A stretch of DNA of 64,000 nucleotides from Macrostomum lignano. Its lineage: Eukaryota. Below, piece by piece: positions 63,754-64,000 of the stretch. The notes under the pieces were generated by a model. The model did not search any database. It saw only the letters and a list, made by a program, of their open reading frames with translations, and was not told where the DNA came from. The translations under genes and the position numbers were made by a program. Location of the stretch: assembly GCA_002269645.1 (NCBI GenBank), contig NIVC01001797.1, positions 124,001 through 188,000 on the forward strand. The letters run 5' to 3'. Position 1 is the stretch's first letter. Every line of letters starts with the position of its first letter.

Positions 63754-64000
63754 AATGATGCGGTCCAGTTTCTAAGAACTAGCTACAGACACAATGATGC
63801 GGTCTAGTCTCTATCTAGCTAGCTACAGATAGAATGATGTGGTCCAGTTTCTAAGAACTAGCTACAGACACAATGATGCGTCCAGTTTCTAAGAACTAGC
63901 TACAGACACAATGATGCGGTCTAGTCTCTATCTAGCTAGCTACAGATAGAATGATGTGGTCCAGTTTCTAAGAACTAGCTACAGACACAATGATGCGTCC
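63754..64000. repeat. Minisatellite of two alternating 39/40-bp subunits (AATGATG...CTAGCTACAGA)
   Basis: Starts about 16 nt after the donor; truncated by the window end. Confidence 0.88.

Overview
Eukaryotic (metazoan) genomic DNA with spliced genes. The GC-rich, Ala/Ser/Gln-rich exons and minisatellite-filled introns resemble the flatworm Macrostomum, but that host assignment is inference only. Five genes can be assembled with consistent splice phases: (1) an EVA-1/EVA1C-like type I membrane protein with two SUEL lectin domains (+, 3038-35356); (2) a divergent SKP1 (-, 40987-41930); (3) RANBP3-like (-, 44925-47961); (4) golgin-84/GOLGA5 (+, 53831-60444); (5) a C2H2 zinc-finger gene (+, from 61907, running off the window). 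About 35 tandem arrays, nearly all with different units, cover roughly 43% of the window and generate most of the long ORFs in the supplied track, which are artefacts. Mobile DNA includes a 3.3-kb CAC...GTG-ended Chapaev/Transib-group DNA transposon with an internally deleted transposase, and a full-length tRNA-derived CORE-type SINE. The most unusual signal is in the AT-rich region between the divergent RANBP3 and GOLGA5 genes. It holds about 20 TAGG(G)CCTA motifs in 4.3 kb, and a decayed three-copy repeat shows them arising as GG(G)CCTA micro-insertions at TA dinucleotides, resembling excision footprints of an unidentified TA-targeting element. All coordinates and counts were read by eye; repeat boundaries are approximate.
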